Source: Lingula anatina
Taxonomy: Eukaryota; Animalia; Brachiopoda
Reading direction: 5' to 3'
Length of the DNA stretch: 64,000 nucleotides
NCBI GenBank assembly: GCA_051362555.1
Contig: CM120643.1
Span: 9,610,001 to 9,674,000, forward strand
Part shown: positions 62,082-64,000 of the stretch, piece after piece
Layout of the letters: every line of letters starts with the position of its first letter
Position numbering within the stretch: the stretch's first letter is position 1
Made by a program: the position numbers and the translations under genes
The notes under the pieces: model-generated
What the model saw: only the letters and a program-made list of their open reading frames with translations
What the model was told of the DNA's origin: nothing
Database searches by the model: none

Positions 62082-64000
62082 GACCTCGACCCCGCATTAT
62101 GGAACGACCCCGGATTATGGAACAAAACCGGAAGTTTGCCCTTTTTACCCAGCATGCAGAGCGTAAAAAATCCCCGTTCCACGTAAGTTTCAAGCGTCTG
62201 CTACAATGTATCAAACGCGCTATGCAGACGCACGTTACGACCTGATACAAATTGAAATGTTAGCGTTTGAAAGTTCGTTGCTCTTAAATTTGATAAAATT
62301 AATACTGAACTTACGTTTATTCAAACAAGTTTTAAAGTCGTTTACCGTCCGTTCTCGTCTGCACTTGTTACTGTCAGTTTCCGATCTCGATTACTAACTT
62401 TTTCATACTGGTTACGTGTAGATACATCGATCGCTGTGGACGTAAACACGGCCGTCTTTTACTGCTATAAGTGTTGTAGCCTAACTTGTCTCATCTCTTA
62501 TTGTTTGTGTTTCTTGTTCTCGGCTTATTGAAATAATTTTCAAAACATCCACTTACAAGAGTAGGCCTAACAAGTTGAAGTATTCCATGATCTCGTAAAA
62601 ATGGCTTCGATGTTGGCCATCGCAGTGTGCGCTTTCTGTGCACTGTAAACTGCCGCTAGAGAACGCTCCAAGCGCTATTAGGCTCGCGCCGCTTGTGACT
62701 TTAAATAAATTTGTTGCCACAAAATAAGAATTTATATTGACTTTTTATATTGGACATTATGAGTGAAAATATCGTTACTGACCTTGTTTATGCACAATGA
62801 ATTTCAGCATGCCGAAGAGAAAGTTATATGATCCTGAGTGTTTACATGCTGCTATCAGTGCCGTGAGAGAGGACTCTTATTCATTATCAGAGGCGGCACG
62901 TATGTTTGACGTGCCGAAGACGACCCTTTATAATCATATTTCAGGTATACAAATGACACATGTTTGATCTTTGTTCTGATGAAAATAAAAAATTCAAAAT
63001 AGCCACCCTAGACTGCATTCCCACATATATTTAGATCGATCTATCCCCATGGGGAGTCTCACTAGATTGCTGTCAGCCTGACCGGCTTAAATGTCTGTCC
63101 CGCCTACTAAAAGGTGTAAGGGGATTAATTAACTTTTGTGCGCGTTCGGCTCTCGGAAGCTGACCCAGTGTTAAACTTGTCAATCATTTATTAGGTTTAC
63201 GCCTTCTACTAGAAGTTTTTTCTTTAAATCTTCTTATTTCATCTGTCCCTATCTTGTATCTTCTTCTTCTTCTTCTCTTTTTCTTAAATATACCACAGGT
63301 GCTCTCAAGGGAGGTGGTCATGGAAAGTTGGCCCTCAGTCACTCTGATGAGGCCGCGCTGGTCGACTACTGCCTTATAATGAGTGACTGGGGGTTTCCAC
63401 TAACCAAAGACTTGGTGTGCAAATTTGCCATGGCTGTTGGTCAGAATAGGAATGTGCACTTTTCAGCGTCGAACGGCTGGTGGAATTGATTCATGAATCG
63501 ACATCCAAAGTTGTCCCTAAGAAAACCAGGGCAGATTAATAGGTGCAATATTGTGAGATAAAATAAAACCATGCTAAATAAATGAAAATTATAAGAAAAT
63601 AAAAATTGTCTTCATCTAAAGATAAGAACGGATATCGGAAAATAAGAAAACATTATTTAATAAATATGAACCAATTTTTTTTCACATTAACATGGATAAG
63701 TTCCCTTTTTTTCAGAGGGCGAGCGGTAATGTCACAGAAAACAATTGCGGATGGTTTTTTCATTTTGCTCAAAGATACGCTTGTAAAGCATAATCTTGAA
63801 GGAAAACCGGGTTGCATCTATAACTGTGATGAAACATATTTTCAGTCTCAGGCAAGCACAAAAATTGTAGCTGCGAAAGGAAAGACCTTTCCTTACGAGA
63901 GGTCGATCACTTCCTCCGGCCATATTACAGTTTTGGAATGTGCCAATGCAATGGGGGATCTGCTGCCGCCCATGATCATTTTTGAAGGCTGCTTACCTGC
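62082..64000 (+). mobile_element. Second pogo/Fot-like transposon (left part; runs off the window)
   Basis: Begins TA-GACCTCGACCCCGCATTATGGAAC with a duplicated subterminal motif, at the point where homology to copy A ends. Right TIR lies outside the window. Confidence 0.8.
62809..64000 (+). pseudogene. pogo/Fot-like transposase (exons 62809-62944, 63299-63542, 63716->64000) with an in-frame TGA near 63487
   Basis: MPKRKLY..AARMFDVPKTTL; DEAALV..WGFPLT..SNGWWN*FMNRHPKLSLRKPG; IYNCDETYFQS..HITVLEC..LLPPMIIFEG. Homologous to 38163-40688. Confidence 0.9.

Overview
AT-rich eukaryotic (invertebrate-like) genomic DNA with spliceosomal introns, almost entirely made of nested transposable elements. 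(1) 1-19114: a large degenerate Academ-type DNA transposon ORF. Its reconstructed architecture is unusual: SGNH/GDSL esterase, Pro/Ser/Thr linker, hydrophobic hairpin, ubiquitin-like domain ending in GG, zinc finger, Academ transposase with an inserted OTU-like domain, XPG/PIN nuclease and Cys8 tail. It is interrupted by four younger elements, and removing each restores the reading frame at that site; one is a full-length BEL/Pao LTR retrotransposon with apparently identical LTRs. (2) 23229-32543: a 9.3-kb non-autonomous element with TAG..CTA ends and ~780-bp TIRs. (3) Two copies (33608-35316 and 59142-60936, minus strand) of a three-coding-exon host gene for a secreted WSC-domain protein with an Arg/Tyr/Pro-rich block and Lys/Val/Pro repeats, followed by an out-of-frame acidic tail. 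(4) Two related intron-containing pogo/Fot-like transposons, each just upstream of one gene copy. (5) A Tc1 remnant and a Kolobok-like TTAA element holding an apparently intact two-gene Harbinger transposon, plus many Harbinger-type MITEs. All calls come from reading motifs, TIRs, TSDs and splice sites by eye; no database searches were run.
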